NCBI GenBank assembly: GCA_964629655.1
Contig: CAZVQU010000002.1
Location: 460,878 to 524,877 of the forward strand
Reading direction: 5' to 3'
DNA from: an uncultured Planctomycetia bacterium
GTDB lineage: Bacteria > Omnitrophota > Gorgyraeia > Duberdicusellales > 4484-171
DNA length: 64,000 nt
Part shown: positions 30,498 to 40,397 of the stretch, piece by piece
How the letters are laid out: each line of letters opens with the position of its first letter
How positions within the stretch are numbered: position 1 is the stretch's first letter
Notes under the pieces: model-generated
Told to the model about the DNA's origin: nothing
The model's input: only the letters and a program-made list of their open reading frames with translations
Databases searched by the model: none
Translations under genes and position numbers: made by a program

Positions 30498-31614
30498 TAT
30501 CTTCTGATTCTTTGAATCTATTTAGGGACTCCTTCTTAAACTCAGAGAATTTTCCTTCATTTATAGCTTCTCTGATTCTTACCATAAAATTCTTATACCA
30601 AAATAGATTATGATAAGTAACCAATTGGGTTCCTGCCATCTCCTTCACATTTATAAGGTGCCGTAAATAAGCCCGTGAAAAGTTACGACAGGTGTAACAG
30701 GAACACTCCTTATCCAAGGCTTGAGTATCCTGACTGTAAGCAGCATTTCTTACAGTAATTTCACCCTGGTTAGTAAAAGCTGTTCCGGTACGTCCAAATC
30801 GCGTAGGAACAACACAATCAAAAAGATCGACTCCTAAGTTTACTGCCTCGAGAATATCCCCGGGCTTGCCATAACCCATGAAATAACGCAGCTGCTCTTG
30901 AGGCACATTTTCATGGATAAAAGAGAGCATATTATACCTTAAATCCAGAGGTTCGCCAACACTTAAACCGCCTATGCATAAGCCTTTTAGGCCTAAAGGC
31001 AAGAGCTTTTCAATGCACTCCCCACGCAGCTCTTTGTAGGTAGATCCCTGGATAATCCCCCAAAACATACGGTTATTTTCATTATGCTTATCGAAATAAT
31101 CCTTGCCTCTCCCGGCCCAATTGAGACTGCGCTTCATTGCCCTACGAGCATCCTTCTCGGAAGTAGGATATTTAACGCACTCATCTAAAGGAACTAGGAT
31201 ATCTGAACCTAAATCCAACTGAATTCTAATCGCCTCCTCAGGAGTCAAAAAGAAGGTGCTACCATCAACGTGGGATTGAAATTCTACGCCGTTATCATCA
31301 ACCTTACGAAATCTCTCTAAACTGAAAATCTGATATCCACCACTATCAGTAATGATCGTCTTATCAAAACCCATAAAAGAATGCAAGCCGCCACACTTTT
31401 TTATTATTTCCGTGCCCGGGCGCAAAAATAAATGATAAGCATTAACCAACAGGCCATCTACGTCTATCTCTCCAAGCTGCTGCTGGGTAAGTCCCTTAAC
31501 TGTTGCTTGGGTAGCAACCGGGAAAAAAGCTGGAGTATGTACTTCGCAAGCCCTGGTTTTAAAAACTCCTGTCCGAGCATAAGTGGCTGTGTCTTTATTC
31601 ACTACTTTAAACAT
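30487..31614 (-). CDS. tgt: tRNA-guanine transglycosylase
   Basis: TDSGGYQ, GGLSVGE, DLFDCV.PTR, CxCxxC zinc site, HN. Confidence 0.97.
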   Translation of the reverse strand: MFKVVNKDTATYARTGVFKTRACEVHTPAFFPVATQATVKGLTQQQLGEIDVDGLLVNAYHLFLRPGTEIIKKCGGLHSFMGFDKTIITDSGGYQIFSLERFRKVDDNGVEFQSHVDGSTFFLTPEEAIRIQLDLGSDILVPLDECVKYPTSEKDARRAMKRSLNWAGRGKDYFDKHNENNRMFWGIIQGSTYKELRGECIEKLLPLGLKGLCIGGLSVGEPLDLRYNMLSFIHENVPQEQLRYFMGYGKPGDILEAVNLGVDLFDCVVPTRFGRTGTAFTNQGEITVRNAAYSQDTQALDKECSCYTCRNFSRAYLRHLINVKEMAGTQLVTYHNLFWYKNFMVRIREAINEGKFSEFKKESLNRFKESEDNDN

Positions 31615-31688
31615 CTTTTACTCTCTGAATAAGGTGAATTGAATAGAATAATAATTGCTTTGTCCAAAGCCTGCCTTTGCCAACCATT

Positions 31689-32714
31689 TTAAAAAAGTTT
31701 TTCTTGATCCTGACCCTTATAGGGGAGTTTTAAGTGTTGGTAGGAAATTTGCGTAGCTACTCTACCTCTGGGGGAACGAACAACAAATCCTTCCTTAAGC
31801 AAAAACGGTTCAACAACATCCTCTAGGGTTAATCTATCCTCGCGTAAGGTTGCAGCTATGGCTTCAATCCCAGCCGGACCTCCTTGATGCAAGTTTATGA
31901 TTGCCGAGAGGTACTTGCGGTCCATATCATCAAGCCCTTGGTTGTCTACACCTACTTTAGCTAAAGAATCCTGTGTAATATCAATATCAATTATACCTTT
32001 ACCAATAACCTGAGCATAATCACGGACTCTTCTTAAGAGGCGGTTGCAGAGACGCGGAGAACCCCGGGAACGTCGGGCAATCTCAATAGAACTTTCCGAA
32101 TCAATCTCTATGTCGAGAAGTTCGGCGCTGCGTTGGACAATCTTTGAAAGCTGATCGGAATTATAGAAATCAAGATCATAAAACAACCCAAATCTGCCAC
32201 GCAGAGGCCCACTCAATAAGCCTTTGCGAGTAGTTGCTCCGATAAGAGTAAACGGTTTAAGATTAAACTTGACACTCTTAGCGTAAGGGCCTTTATCAAT
32301 AACAAAATCTATCTGAAAATTCTCCATTGCCGGATAAAGAAACTCCTCGACAACCTTTGAAAGACGATGTATCTCATCGATAAATAAAATATCTCCGGCC
32401 TCAAGATTAGTTAAAATCCCTACTAGGTCTCCGGCTCTCTCTATAGCTGGCCCACTGGTAGCAGTAAGTTTTGACTTCATCTGGGCAGCAACGCAATAAG
32501 CTAAAGAGGTCTTACCTAAACCCGGAGGCCCGGAAAAAAGCAGATGCTCCAAGGGTTCAGATCTCTTTTGGGCAGCTTCTAAAGAAATTTCCAGAGAAGA
32601 GATAATATTCTTCTGACCTAAGAACTCTTTTAGGTTCTTTGGGCGAAGAGAAAGATTAATAACCTGTTCTTCTTCGTTCTCTTTCCACTGATCAATGAAT
32701 CTTTCTTCACTCAT
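31689..32714 (-). CDS. ruvB: Holliday junction helicase RuvB
   Basis: LRP, GPPGLGKT, FIDEIHRL, GATTR, EPFL. Confidence 0.98.
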   Translation of the reverse strand: MSEERFIDQWKENEEEQVINLSLRPKNLKEFLGQKNIISSLEISLEAAQKRSEPLEHLLFSGPPGLGKTSLAYCVAAQMKSKLTATSGPAIERAGDLVGILTNLEAGDILFIDEIHRLSKVVEEFLYPAMENFQIDFVIDKGPYAKSVKFNLKPFTLIGATTRKGLLSGPLRGRFGLFYDLDFYNSDQLSKIVQRSAELLDIEIDSESSIEIARRSRGSPRLCNRLLRRVRDYAQVIGKGIIDIDITQDSLAKVGVDNQGLDDMDRKYLSAIINLHQGGPAGIEAIAATLREDRLTLEDVVEPFLLKEGFVVRSPRGRVATQISYQHLKLPYKGQDQEKLF

Positions 32715-32746
32715 ATAATTATTATTAAATATTACCTACTTTTTCG

Positions 32747-33457
32747 TTAGTGTTTCGCGGTAAATATATTCGCTCTGCGGGCGATTGAAATCGAACCGAA
32801 AAGCTCTTCTTGTATAGCAGCAATCTCTTCTAGTTTTATTAGTTCTAATATAGCTAAAAATGTAACTACAATTTCCAATTTACTCTTGGCCGCAGAAAAC
32901 AGTTCTTCTAAAGAAACTTTATCCCTTTCCAGGAGAAGGTGTAACAAATCATGAATTTTATCCTCTACCGTAAACTCATCCTTAACAACTTTAAAGAAAA
33001 TGTCTTTAGGAATCTCTTTTAAGGCATTCTTAAAAGCACTAATCAAGTCAAATATCGATGCTTCGATATAAACCTCACCAGTTGGGGAATCGAGTGTCGG
33101 ACGCTTAAAATACCTGTTCCTTTCTAGCTCCTTATCTCTTAAGAATTCTGCTGCCTCCTTAAATTTCTCATATTCTAGAAGCCTTCTTACTAACTCTTCC
33201 CGAGGATCCTCTTCTTCTTCCTGGGGCTCCTCGGCACGAGGAAGGATCATCTTGGATTTGATACTAATTAAGTTAGCGGCTGTGACTAAATATTCAGACG
33301 CAAGATTTATATCTAGAAGCTTCATCACCTCTAAAAATTGTAAATATTGTTCTACAACTTTAGCTATAGGGATATCATAAATATTGAGATGCTCCTTCTT
33401 TATAAGATAAAGAAGCAAATCCAAAGGTCCTTCAAAAATATCTAATCTTACCTTCAT
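32747..33457 (-). CDS. scpA: Segregation/condensation protein A
   Basis: FEGPLDLLL.LI, DPR.ELV.RLLEY, FLAILEL. Confidence 0.96.
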   Translation of the reverse strand: MKVRLDIFEGPLDLLLYLIKKEHLNIYDIPIAKVVEQYLQFLEVMKLLDINLASEYLVTAANLISIKSKMILPRAEEPQEEEEDPREELVRRLLEYEKFKEAAEFLRDKELERNRYFKRPTLDSPTGEVYIEASIFDLISAFKNALKEIPKDIFFKVVKDEFTVEDKIHDLLHLLLERDKVSLEELFSAAKSKLEIVVTFLAILELIKLEEIAAIQEELFGSISIARRANIFTAKH

Positions 33458-34446
33458 ATTCTCAAAGCCTGTTTAACTTCTGAAATGGTTTTTTGCGCCT
33501 GATCTCTGGCTTTCTTTCTGCCCTGATCTAAAATGTCTCGTAAGTAATTCTTCTTTTTTAAAATCTTCCTTTTGGCTTCTCTCTTGGAGGCGATAAACTC
33601 TTCAAGAATTTTTACCAAATCATTCTTGCAATCCCGACAACCTCTTTTGGCTTCCTTACACTCCTTGGAAATCTGGAATTTTTTCTTGGGATCAAAAATA
33701 GAGTAATAATCAAAAACATTACAAACATCCGGATGGCCGGGATCATTCCTTCTCTTTCGGGCTGGATCAGTAAACATTGAAAGGACCTTGCGTTTCAGGC
33801 TCTCTGAACTTTCAGATAGCTCAATACAATTATTGTAACTCTTGCTCATCTTTCTTCCGTCTAAGCCTAAGAAACGCGGAACCGAAGTAAGCAAGGCTTG
33901 AGGCTCAGTAAAAACCTTGCTCTTGTAAATAAAATGAAAACGTCTGAGAATCTGCCGGCATAATTCCAAATGTGGCAGCTGATCTTCACCAACCGGAACA
34001 AAATTAGCCTTGTATAAAAGAATATCCGCGGATTGCAAAACCGGATAGCCTAAGAAAGCGTGGGTATTGATATCTTTATCCTTTAATTGGAGGAGCTGTT
34101 CTTTAAAGGTTGGGCACCTAAACAACCAACCCAAAGGAACCAGCGTTGAGAGAATCATATATAGCTCTAGATGTTCTGGCACCTCAGATTGTATAAAAAT
34201 AATGCTCTTTTTAGGATCTATCCCATAGGCTAGCCAATCACTAACATTATCCAAGACAGAATCTTTAATGATTGAGGAGTTTTTATAATCGCTCATAAGA
34301 GCATGCCAATCAGCAACCATGAAAAAACACTTATACTTCTCCTGCAGCTTCATCCAATTGGACAATGCTCCTACCCAATGCCCGAGGTGTAACTTTCCAG
34401 TAGGCCTGATTCCGCTTAAAATTATCTTTTTTGTCTCTGTTTTCAT
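33454..34446 (-). CDS. trpS: Tryptophan-tRNA ligase
   Basis: PTG.LHLGH, YPVLQ.ADIL, VPVGEDQ, KMSKS. Confidence 0.98.
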   Translation of the reverse strand: MKTETKKIILSGIRPTGKLHLGHWVGALSNWMKLQEKYKCFFMVADWHALMSDYKNSSIIKDSVLDNVSDWLAYGIDPKKSIIFIQSEVPEHLELYMILSTLVPLGWLFRCPTFKEQLLQLKDKDINTHAFLGYPVLQSADILLYKANFVPVGEDQLPHLELCRQILRRFHFIYKSKVFTEPQALLTSVPRFLGLDGRKMSKSYNNCIELSESSESLKRKVLSMFTDPARKRRNDPGHPDVCNVFDYYSIFDPKKKFQISKECKEAKRGCRDCKNDLVKILEEFIASKREAKRKILKKKNYLRDILDQGRKKARDQAQKTISEVKQALRI

Positions 34447-36350
34447 TTTAATTTCCGAGCGATTACCTCTTCATTAAATACATCAATGACATCGCCCTGT
34501 TTAACTTTATCATAACCTATATCAATGCCACATTCAAGGCCTTCGGCTACCTCTCTAACATCGTCTTTGAATCTTTTTAAGGTCTGAACCTTACCTTCAA
34601 AGATTACCGCATTGTCCCGAAAAAGATTACAAACCGCTCCCCTTTTAATCTTTCCCTTCTCTACTATAGATCCGGCGATTATCCCCGCTCTCGATAACTT
34701 AAATACTGTCTTTATCTTGGCTCTTCCTAAGAAAGTACGTTTTATCTGAGGGGTCAATAGCCCCTCTACCGCGCCCTTAACATCGTCAATAAGCTCATAG
34801 ACAATCTGGTAAGATCTGGTCTCGATACCTTTTTCCCGGGCCAGTTCTCTAACTTGAGCATCTATGCTGGTCTTAAAACCGACGATGATAGAATCAGTAA
34901 CTTCGGCTAAAAGAATATCTGAGGAGTTTACTGCTCCTACTCCTTTATGAACAATGGTTAACTCCACTTCCTTGGTAGGAATTTTCTTCAAAGCCCCTTC
35001 AACAGCCTCTAAGGTACCGCCAACATCTGCTTTGAGAATGATCTTTAATTGCTTTAAGTTCTCTTCCTTTACTTTCTTATATAAATCTTCTAATTTAAGG
35101 TGAGTTACTGGATTCAATTTCTTTTTTGCTTCATCCTCTCTTCTTTTACTGGTGATTTCCCGAGCACTCTTTTCATCAGGCACAACTAACAATTGTTCAC
35201 CGGGATTAGGTACGCCATTTAAACCTAAAATTTCTGCGGGATAAGCCGGCAGAACTTCGCCTAAAGGCTTAGCCCTATCATCATGCATTGCCCTTATTCT
35301 TCCAGAATAAAGACCGCAAATGCACCAATCTCCGGCTTTAAGAACCCCTTCCTTAATTAAAACTGTAGCTAAGGAACCCTTGCCTCTGGACAATCTTGCC
35401 TCTACTACTACTCCGATAGCCGGGCGTTGATAGTCTGCTTTTAGCTCCATGATGTCAGATTGAAGAATAATTAAGTCTAAGAGTCCATCTATTCCCTCGC
35501 CAGTCTTAGCTGATACATTTACGGTAATGGTCTTGCCTCCCCAATCTTCAGGAACCAGCTCCATCTTAGAAAGCTGTTGCTTTACCATATCAATATTAGC
35601 ATTGGGTTTATCAATTTTATTAATAGCAACAATTATCGGAACTCCTGAAGCTTTAGCGTGATCAATGGCCTCTTCTGTTTGAGGCTTAACACCGTCATCA
35701 GCTGCCACTACGATAATTACAATATCAGTAATATTGGCACCGCGGGCACGCATGGCTGTAAAGGTTTCATGACCGGGAGTGTCTAAGAAAGTAACTCTTC
35801 CTTTATCCAGGGCTACCTGGTAAGCACCAATGTGCTGGGTAATCCCTCCGGTCTCTTTCTCGATAACTTTACTCTTTCGGATATAATCAAGAATACTTGT
35901 CTTTCCATGGTCAATGTGGCCCATGAGAGTAACTATTGGAGCACGCTTCTCTAAATTCTTAGAATCAACTTTTAAGATCTCCTCTTCTTTAGAGAGCTTC
36001 TCCTTTAAATTAACCTTATAATCATAAGCAATCTCTTGTGCATGTTTTTCATCAACACTCTGATTAATAGTAAGAAACTTACCCTTCTTTACTAAGTCGG
36101 TTAGAAGTTGTGAAGGTTTTTTACCTAATTTCACAGCCAGATCTTTAATCGTAATTGGGAAACTCACCTCAATGACATTGCCTTCGATCTCTTTACGATC
36201 TAGCTCTCCAACCTCATGTTTAATAATCTCGGCTGTATCCTTATCCACACTAGACATGTGGTTTTTTACAGGAAAATTAAGCGCTTTTAGCTTTTCGATT
36301 AACTCTTTACTGTCTATTTTTAGCTCTTTGGCTAACTCATGAATTCTCAT
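34443..36350 (-). CDS. infB: Translation initiation factor IF-2
   Basis: RIHELAKEL, GHIDHGKT, DTPGH, NKID. Confidence 0.98.
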   Translation of the reverse strand: MRIHELAKELKIDSKELIEKLKALNFPVKNHMSSVDKDTAEIIKHEVGELDRKEIEGNVIEVSFPITIKDLAVKLGKKPSQLLTDLVKKGKFLTINQSVDEKHAQEIAYDYKVNLKEKLSKEEEILKVDSKNLEKRAPIVTLMGHIDHGKTSILDYIRKSKVIEKETGGITQHIGAYQVALDKGRVTFLDTPGHETFTAMRARGANITDIVIIVVAADDGVKPQTEEAIDHAKASGVPIIVAINKIDKPNANIDMVKQQLSKMELVPEDWGGKTITVNVSAKTGEGIDGLLDLIILQSDIMELKADYQRPAIGVVVEARLSRGKGSLATVLIKEGVLKAGDWCICGLYSGRIRAMHDDRAKPLGEVLPAYPAEILGLNGVPNPGEQLLVVPDEKSAREITSKRREDEAKKKLNPVTHLKLEDLYKKVKEENLKQLKIILKADVGGTLEAVEGALKKIPTKEVELTIVHKGVGAVNSSDILLAEVTDSIIVGFKTSIDAQVRELAREKGIETRSYQIVYELIDDVKGAVEGLLTPQIKRTFLGRAKIKTVFKLSRAGIIAGSIVEKGKIKRGAVCNLFRDNAVIFEGKVQTLKRFKDDVREVAEGLECGIDIGYDKVKQGDVIDVFNEEVIARKLK

Positions 36351-37524
36351 CTTTAGTTGTCTCCTTTTTCTCCTTTTTTGTCTTCTCTCCCGCTGCTACT
36401 GCTTTCTTTGCCTCTTCTATTATGCTAGCTGCCTTTTTCTCTCCTATACCCTTAAGCGAAGAAAGTCCGGCCGCTGTAGCCCTAGCTAAGGAATTTAAAT
36501 TATTATACCCGGAATCCACTAAAGTAGCAGCTACTTTCTTACCTACGGCTTTTAAAGCAAGTAGTTTCTTAATGCTCTCCTCAATGCTCTCTCGGGAACG
36601 AACATCTATCTCCCAGCCTACTAATTTTGAAGCTAGGCGGACATTCTGCCCTTTGCGTCCGATAGCTAAAGAGAGCTGGTCAGCAGCAACTAAGACTTTG
36701 GCTCTCCTGCTATCGCGATCTAATTCAATCATTGAAATAACTGCCGGCGAAAGTGCCATCTTAATAAATTCTTTTACGTCTTCGCTCCATCTTACAATAT
36801 CAATCTTCTCTCCTCTTAACTCCTCAATTATGCTCTTTACCCGTGAGCCTCTTATCCCAACACAAGCACCGACACAATCAACCTTATCGTCTTTGGAAAG
36901 AACAGCGATTTTTGTCCTCTCGCCGGGATCACGAGCAATTGTTTTTACCTCAACAATTCCCTCGCCAATTTCAGGAACCTCTAAATTAAATAGTTTCCGG
37001 ATTAAACCCTCGTGCCTGCGGGAAAGAATTATCTGTACGCCTTTCTCCTTCTTAACCTCATAGACAAAGGCTTTAACCCTTTCACCAACACGAAAGTGAT
37101 CAAGAGGACTCAAAAAAGAGTTAGGGATTATGCCTTCGGCTTTACCCATAAGGTCCAAGATAACCGCTTTTCTCTCGAGGCGGTAAACAACCCCTCCAAC
37201 AATGCTACCCTCTTTATCCTTGTAATCACTATAGACATTATCCTTTTCAGCCTCTCTTATCTTCTGGATTATTACCTGTCGGGCTGTCTGAGCAGCAATC
37301 CGGCCAAATTCATTAGATACTATCTCTTTATCGCCGACGTAAACATGGATATCTCCTTTTTCAGGATCGATCTCCACCCTGGCCTCAACATCCTGAGAAG
37401 TTGCTTTAGTAATCTTCTTCGCCGCTATAGCCAAGGCTTGCTTAACAGCCTCGATAAGAATACTCTTATCTATGCCTTTTTCCCTCTCTAATTGTGAAAG
37501 TACACTTAAAAATTCTTTTTTCAC
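36337..37524 (-). CDS. nusA: Transcription factor NusA
   Basis: FGRIAAQTARQ, S1 and KH domains, AIGRKGQNVRLAS, C-terminal HhH. Start moved to GTG at 37524 after a GGGAGG RBS. Confidence 0.97.
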   Translation of the reverse strand: MKKEFLSVLSQLEREKGIDKSILIEAVKQALAIAAKKITKATSQDVEARVEIDPEKGDIHVYVGDKEIVSNEFGRIAAQTARQVIIQKIREAEKDNVYSDYKDKEGSIVGGVVYRLERKAVILDLMGKAEGIIPNSFLSPLDHFRVGERVKAFVYEVKKEKGVQIILSRRHEGLIRKLFNLEVPEIGEGIVEVKTIARDPGERTKIAVLSKDDKVDCVGACVGIRGSRVKSIIEELRGEKIDIVRWSEDVKEFIKMALSPAVISMIELDRDSRRAKVLVAADQLSLAIGRKGQNVRLASKLVGWEIDVRSRESIEESIKKLLALKAVGKKVAATLVDSGYNNLNSLARATAAGLSSLKGIGEKKAASIIEEAKKAVAAGEKTKKEKKETTKDENS

Positions 37525-37584
37525 CTTTTTAAACCTCCCTGCCTGCCGAGAAGCAGACTTTAATGACGACAATTGTAGCGAGCA

Positions 37585-38052
37585 TTATTTTATTTCTATT
37601 TTCTCTTTGCCCACCTTAATTTTACTAAAATTAATTTTTACAATTTTGTCTTTGCAACCCAATGACAATTTATCATCGTCAAGGGCTAAAACTTGACCTT
37701 CTAAATACTCTTTACCTCCAATAGGCTCACTCAACCAAAGAAAAATATTTCTTCCCTTAACCTTAAAAAAATCTTTAAAGGTATGTAGCTTTCTATCCAG
37801 GCCGGGAGAATTTACTTCTACCGCGTAATCGGAACCAAGACTTCCATTCTCCTCTAAATAAACAACAATTCTTTTGTTAACAGCCGCGCAGCTATCTAAG
37901 GTTATGCCGCCTTGGGGAAGATCAACCGTGCAACGTAAAGTATTCTTGCCTCTTGAAGCATGAATCTTAAACTCTAGGAGCTCTACTCCTGCTGCCTTAA
38001 CAATATCTTGAACTTTAAGTTGAATTTGCCTATCTCTATCTACCATACTCAT
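37585..38052 (-). CDS. rimP: Ribosome maturation factor RimP
   Basis: GGITLDSC, EVNSPGLDR; upstream of nusA. Confidence 0.93.
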   Translation of the reverse strand: MSMVDRDRQIQLKVQDIVKAAGVELLEFKIHASRGKNTLRCTVDLPQGGITLDSCAAVNKRIVVYLEENGSLGSDYAVEVNSPGLDRKLHTFKDFFKVKGRNIFLWLSEPIGGKEYLEGQVLALDDDKLSLGCKDKIVKINFSKIKVGKEKIEIK

Positions 38053-39265
38053 CTTTCAAAAACTTTATTAGCCCCTCTTTCTTAAAGCTCTTGCTTATCT
38101 TTGTTTTTCTCACCTCTAGATCTATAGTTTTATCTTTAAGGTATTTCTTACCCATAATTAGAATATAAGGATTGCCGAGTAAATAAGCATCGTTAAACTT
38201 AACCCCAGCAGCTTCTAGGCGATCATCAATTAATACCGAGAGGCCCTCCTTGCCTAAATCCTTTTCTAGCTCTAAAGCCTGAGGTAATAATTTACTATCT
38301 AAAATTACCAAGCTTAAATCAAAAGGACTTACCCCTCTAGGCCAGACTAAACCTTTCTGATCAGAATTAACCTCAGCTATGGCTGAGAGAACTCTACTTA
38401 CCCCAATGCCATAACAACCCATCATAAAGGGCAGCCTTTTGCCGTTTTCATCGAGAAAGAGAGCCTCTTGAGCTTGAGAATATTTTGTCCCTAATTTAAA
38501 TACATGGCCGATCTCGATCATCTTCTTCTCACCTAAATTCTTCTTGCAATCCGGACACTTTCCTTTGCTTTTAAAATACTTTTCACACTCAGAGCAATAA
38601 AATAATATATCCTCACCGATATCTCCAGGAACCATAAATTCATGCGAGATACTTCCACCCATAGCTCCGGAATCTGCTTCAATATCTATAAACTCCAAAC
38701 CACACTCGGTAAATATATCTTTATAAGCCTCAAACATGCTCCGATAATTCTCATCTAAACCCTGATTATCCTTATCAAAACTATAAGCATCTTTCATGGT
38801 GAACTCAACCGCACGCATCAGCCCGAAACGAGGCCGGGGTTCATCACGAAACTTTGTCTGAATCTGATAAAGTATCACCGGAAGCTGTTTGTAAGAGGAA
38901 ACCAGACGTCGAATAATCTCGGTGATTTCTTCCTCATGAGTAGGGCCTAAACATAAATCCCGATTCTTGCGGTCTTTAAACCTAAACATAACCTCTGCCA
39001 AATCTTTATCCCGACCGGTTTTCTGCCAAATTTCCATAGGCTGGAGAGCGCTCATCAATAACTCTTGAGCTCCTTTTGCATTCATGTGTTTTCGAATAAT
39101 ATTATTAATATTATTCAGCACTCTGTGACCTAAAGGAAGATAGGAGTATATCCCCGATGAGACCATAAAAAGAAATCCCCCTCTAAGAAGCAGCTTATGG
39201 CTCTTGCACTCAGCAACTTTAGGATCTTCTCTCTGAGTAGAAATAAAACTCTTTGAAAATAACAT
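38036..39265 (-). CDS. proS: Proline-tRNA ligase, short bacterial type
   Basis: LGPTHEE, KFRDE.RPRFG, EF.MKDAYSF, IEIGHVF.LG.KYS, MGCYGIG. Confidence 0.97.
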   Translation of the reverse strand: MLFSKSFISTQREDPKVAECKSHKLLLRGGFLFMVSSGIYSYLPLGHRVLNNINNIIRKHMNAKGAQELLMSALQPMEIWQKTGRDKDLAEVMFRFKDRKNRDLCLGPTHEEEITEIIRRLVSSYKQLPVILYQIQTKFRDEPRPRFGLMRAVEFTMKDAYSFDKDNQGLDENYRSMFEAYKDIFTECGLEFIDIEADSGAMGGSISHEFMVPGDIGEDILFYCSECEKYFKSKGKCPDCKKNLGEKKMIEIGHVFKLGTKYSQAQEALFLDENGKRLPFMMGCYGIGVSRVLSAIAEVNSDQKGLVWPRGVSPFDLSLVILDSKLLPQALELEKDLGKEGLSVLIDDRLEAAGVKFNDAYLLGNPYILIMGKKYLKDKTIDLEVRKTKISKSFKKEGLIKFLKDEYGR

Positions 39266-39353
39266 TTTTTCTCACCCTACCTGTTTCTTAAAAATACTCT
39301 CGCTAACCTCGACACTTTTCTCTTTAAAGGTTGGCAAGAATTCCGGTATATTT

Positions 39354-40397
39354 TTAGTTCCATCTTTGCCTAACTTCTTTAATCAAATCGGCCACTACTT
39401 TTTTATCACCGCTCTGGCCTAAAATCTTATCTTTTTTAAAAATTACAGCTTTCTTCTTCCCGAAAGCAACACCAATATCAGCCTGGCAAGCTTCACCGGG
39501 ACCGTTAACTACACAACCCATAATCGCAATACGCACTGGCTGCTTAATCTTCTCCTTTTCTAAGGCTTGCTTAAACTTATCTACGATGCCTACCAAATCT
39601 ACTTCGCAGCGTGAACAAGTAGGACAAGAGATAATCTCAGGTCCAAATTTTCGCAAGCTAAGAGCCTGCAGAATATATTTAGCTACTCTTATCTCCCAAA
39701 AAGAAGGAGCGGTTAAAGAAACCCTGATAACATCTCCTAGGCCTTGGTAAAGAAGATTGCCTAACCCTAACGATGATTTAGCTACCCCCTCTAAAAAAGG
39801 GCCAGTAGCTGTAATTCCTAAGTGTAGGGGGTAATTGTGTCTCTTGGAGAATAGCTCGTTGGCTGCGATTGTAGATAAAACATCTGAACCTTTCAGAGAG
39901 ACCATTATATCAAAAAAATTTTCAGTCTCCAAGACCTTAAGATAAGTTTCTACCGCCTTAACCATTCCAAGGCCCAAAGCCTTAGGCGACGAAAATTTAC
40001 GCTTAAATCCTCCGGAATTAACTCCGACTCTAATGGATACACCGGAAGCCTTGGCAGCTCTAGCAATTTCTTTAACCTCTTTCCTCTTGCTAATATTTAA
40101 AGGGTTCAGGCGAATACCCTCAAAACCCTGGTCAATTGACATAAGAGCTAAATTAGCATGAAAATGCACATCAGCAACTAAAGGTGTATCGATATGTTTT
40201 TTGAGAAGTTTAGCCACCGATGCATCTCCTCTTTCCCTAACTGCTACTCTTATAGCTTCAGCTCCTTCCTTCTCCAGAGTCTTAGCTTCTTTAATTAAAT
40301 CCTTAGTATTCTTAGTAGGGGTCTTAAGCATGCCTTTTATCCGTACTGGATTTTTTCCGCCAACACCTAAATTTCCTATTTTTACTATCTTACTCAT
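39354..40397 (-). CDS. ispG: HMBPP synthase
   Basis: PLVADVHF, IRVGVNSG, PLHLG, SCPTCSR, MGCVVNGPGE. Confidence 0.97.
   Translation of the reverse strand: MSKIVKIGNLGVGGKNPVRIKGMLKTPTKNTKDLIKEAKTLEKEGAEAIRVAVRERGDASVAKLLKKHIDTPLVADVHFHANLALMSIDQGFEGIRLNPLNISKRKEVKEIARAAKASGVSIRVGVNSGGFKRKFSSPKALGLGMVKAVETYLKVLETENFFDIMVSLKGSDVLSTIAANELFSKRHNYPLHLGITATGPFLEGVAKSSLGLGNLLYQGLGDVIRVSLTAPSFWEIRVAKYILQALSLRKFGPEIISCPTCSRCEVDLVGIVDKFKQALEKEKIKQPVRIAIMGCVVNGPGEACQADIGVAFGKKKAVIFKKDKILGQSGDKKVVADLIKEVRQRWN

Noticed and set aside
36422-37491. Long plus-strand ORFs (213 and 159 aa) and the other plus-strand ORFs in the track
   Set aside because: They are antisense shadows of well-supported minus-strand features, with no recognisable motifs
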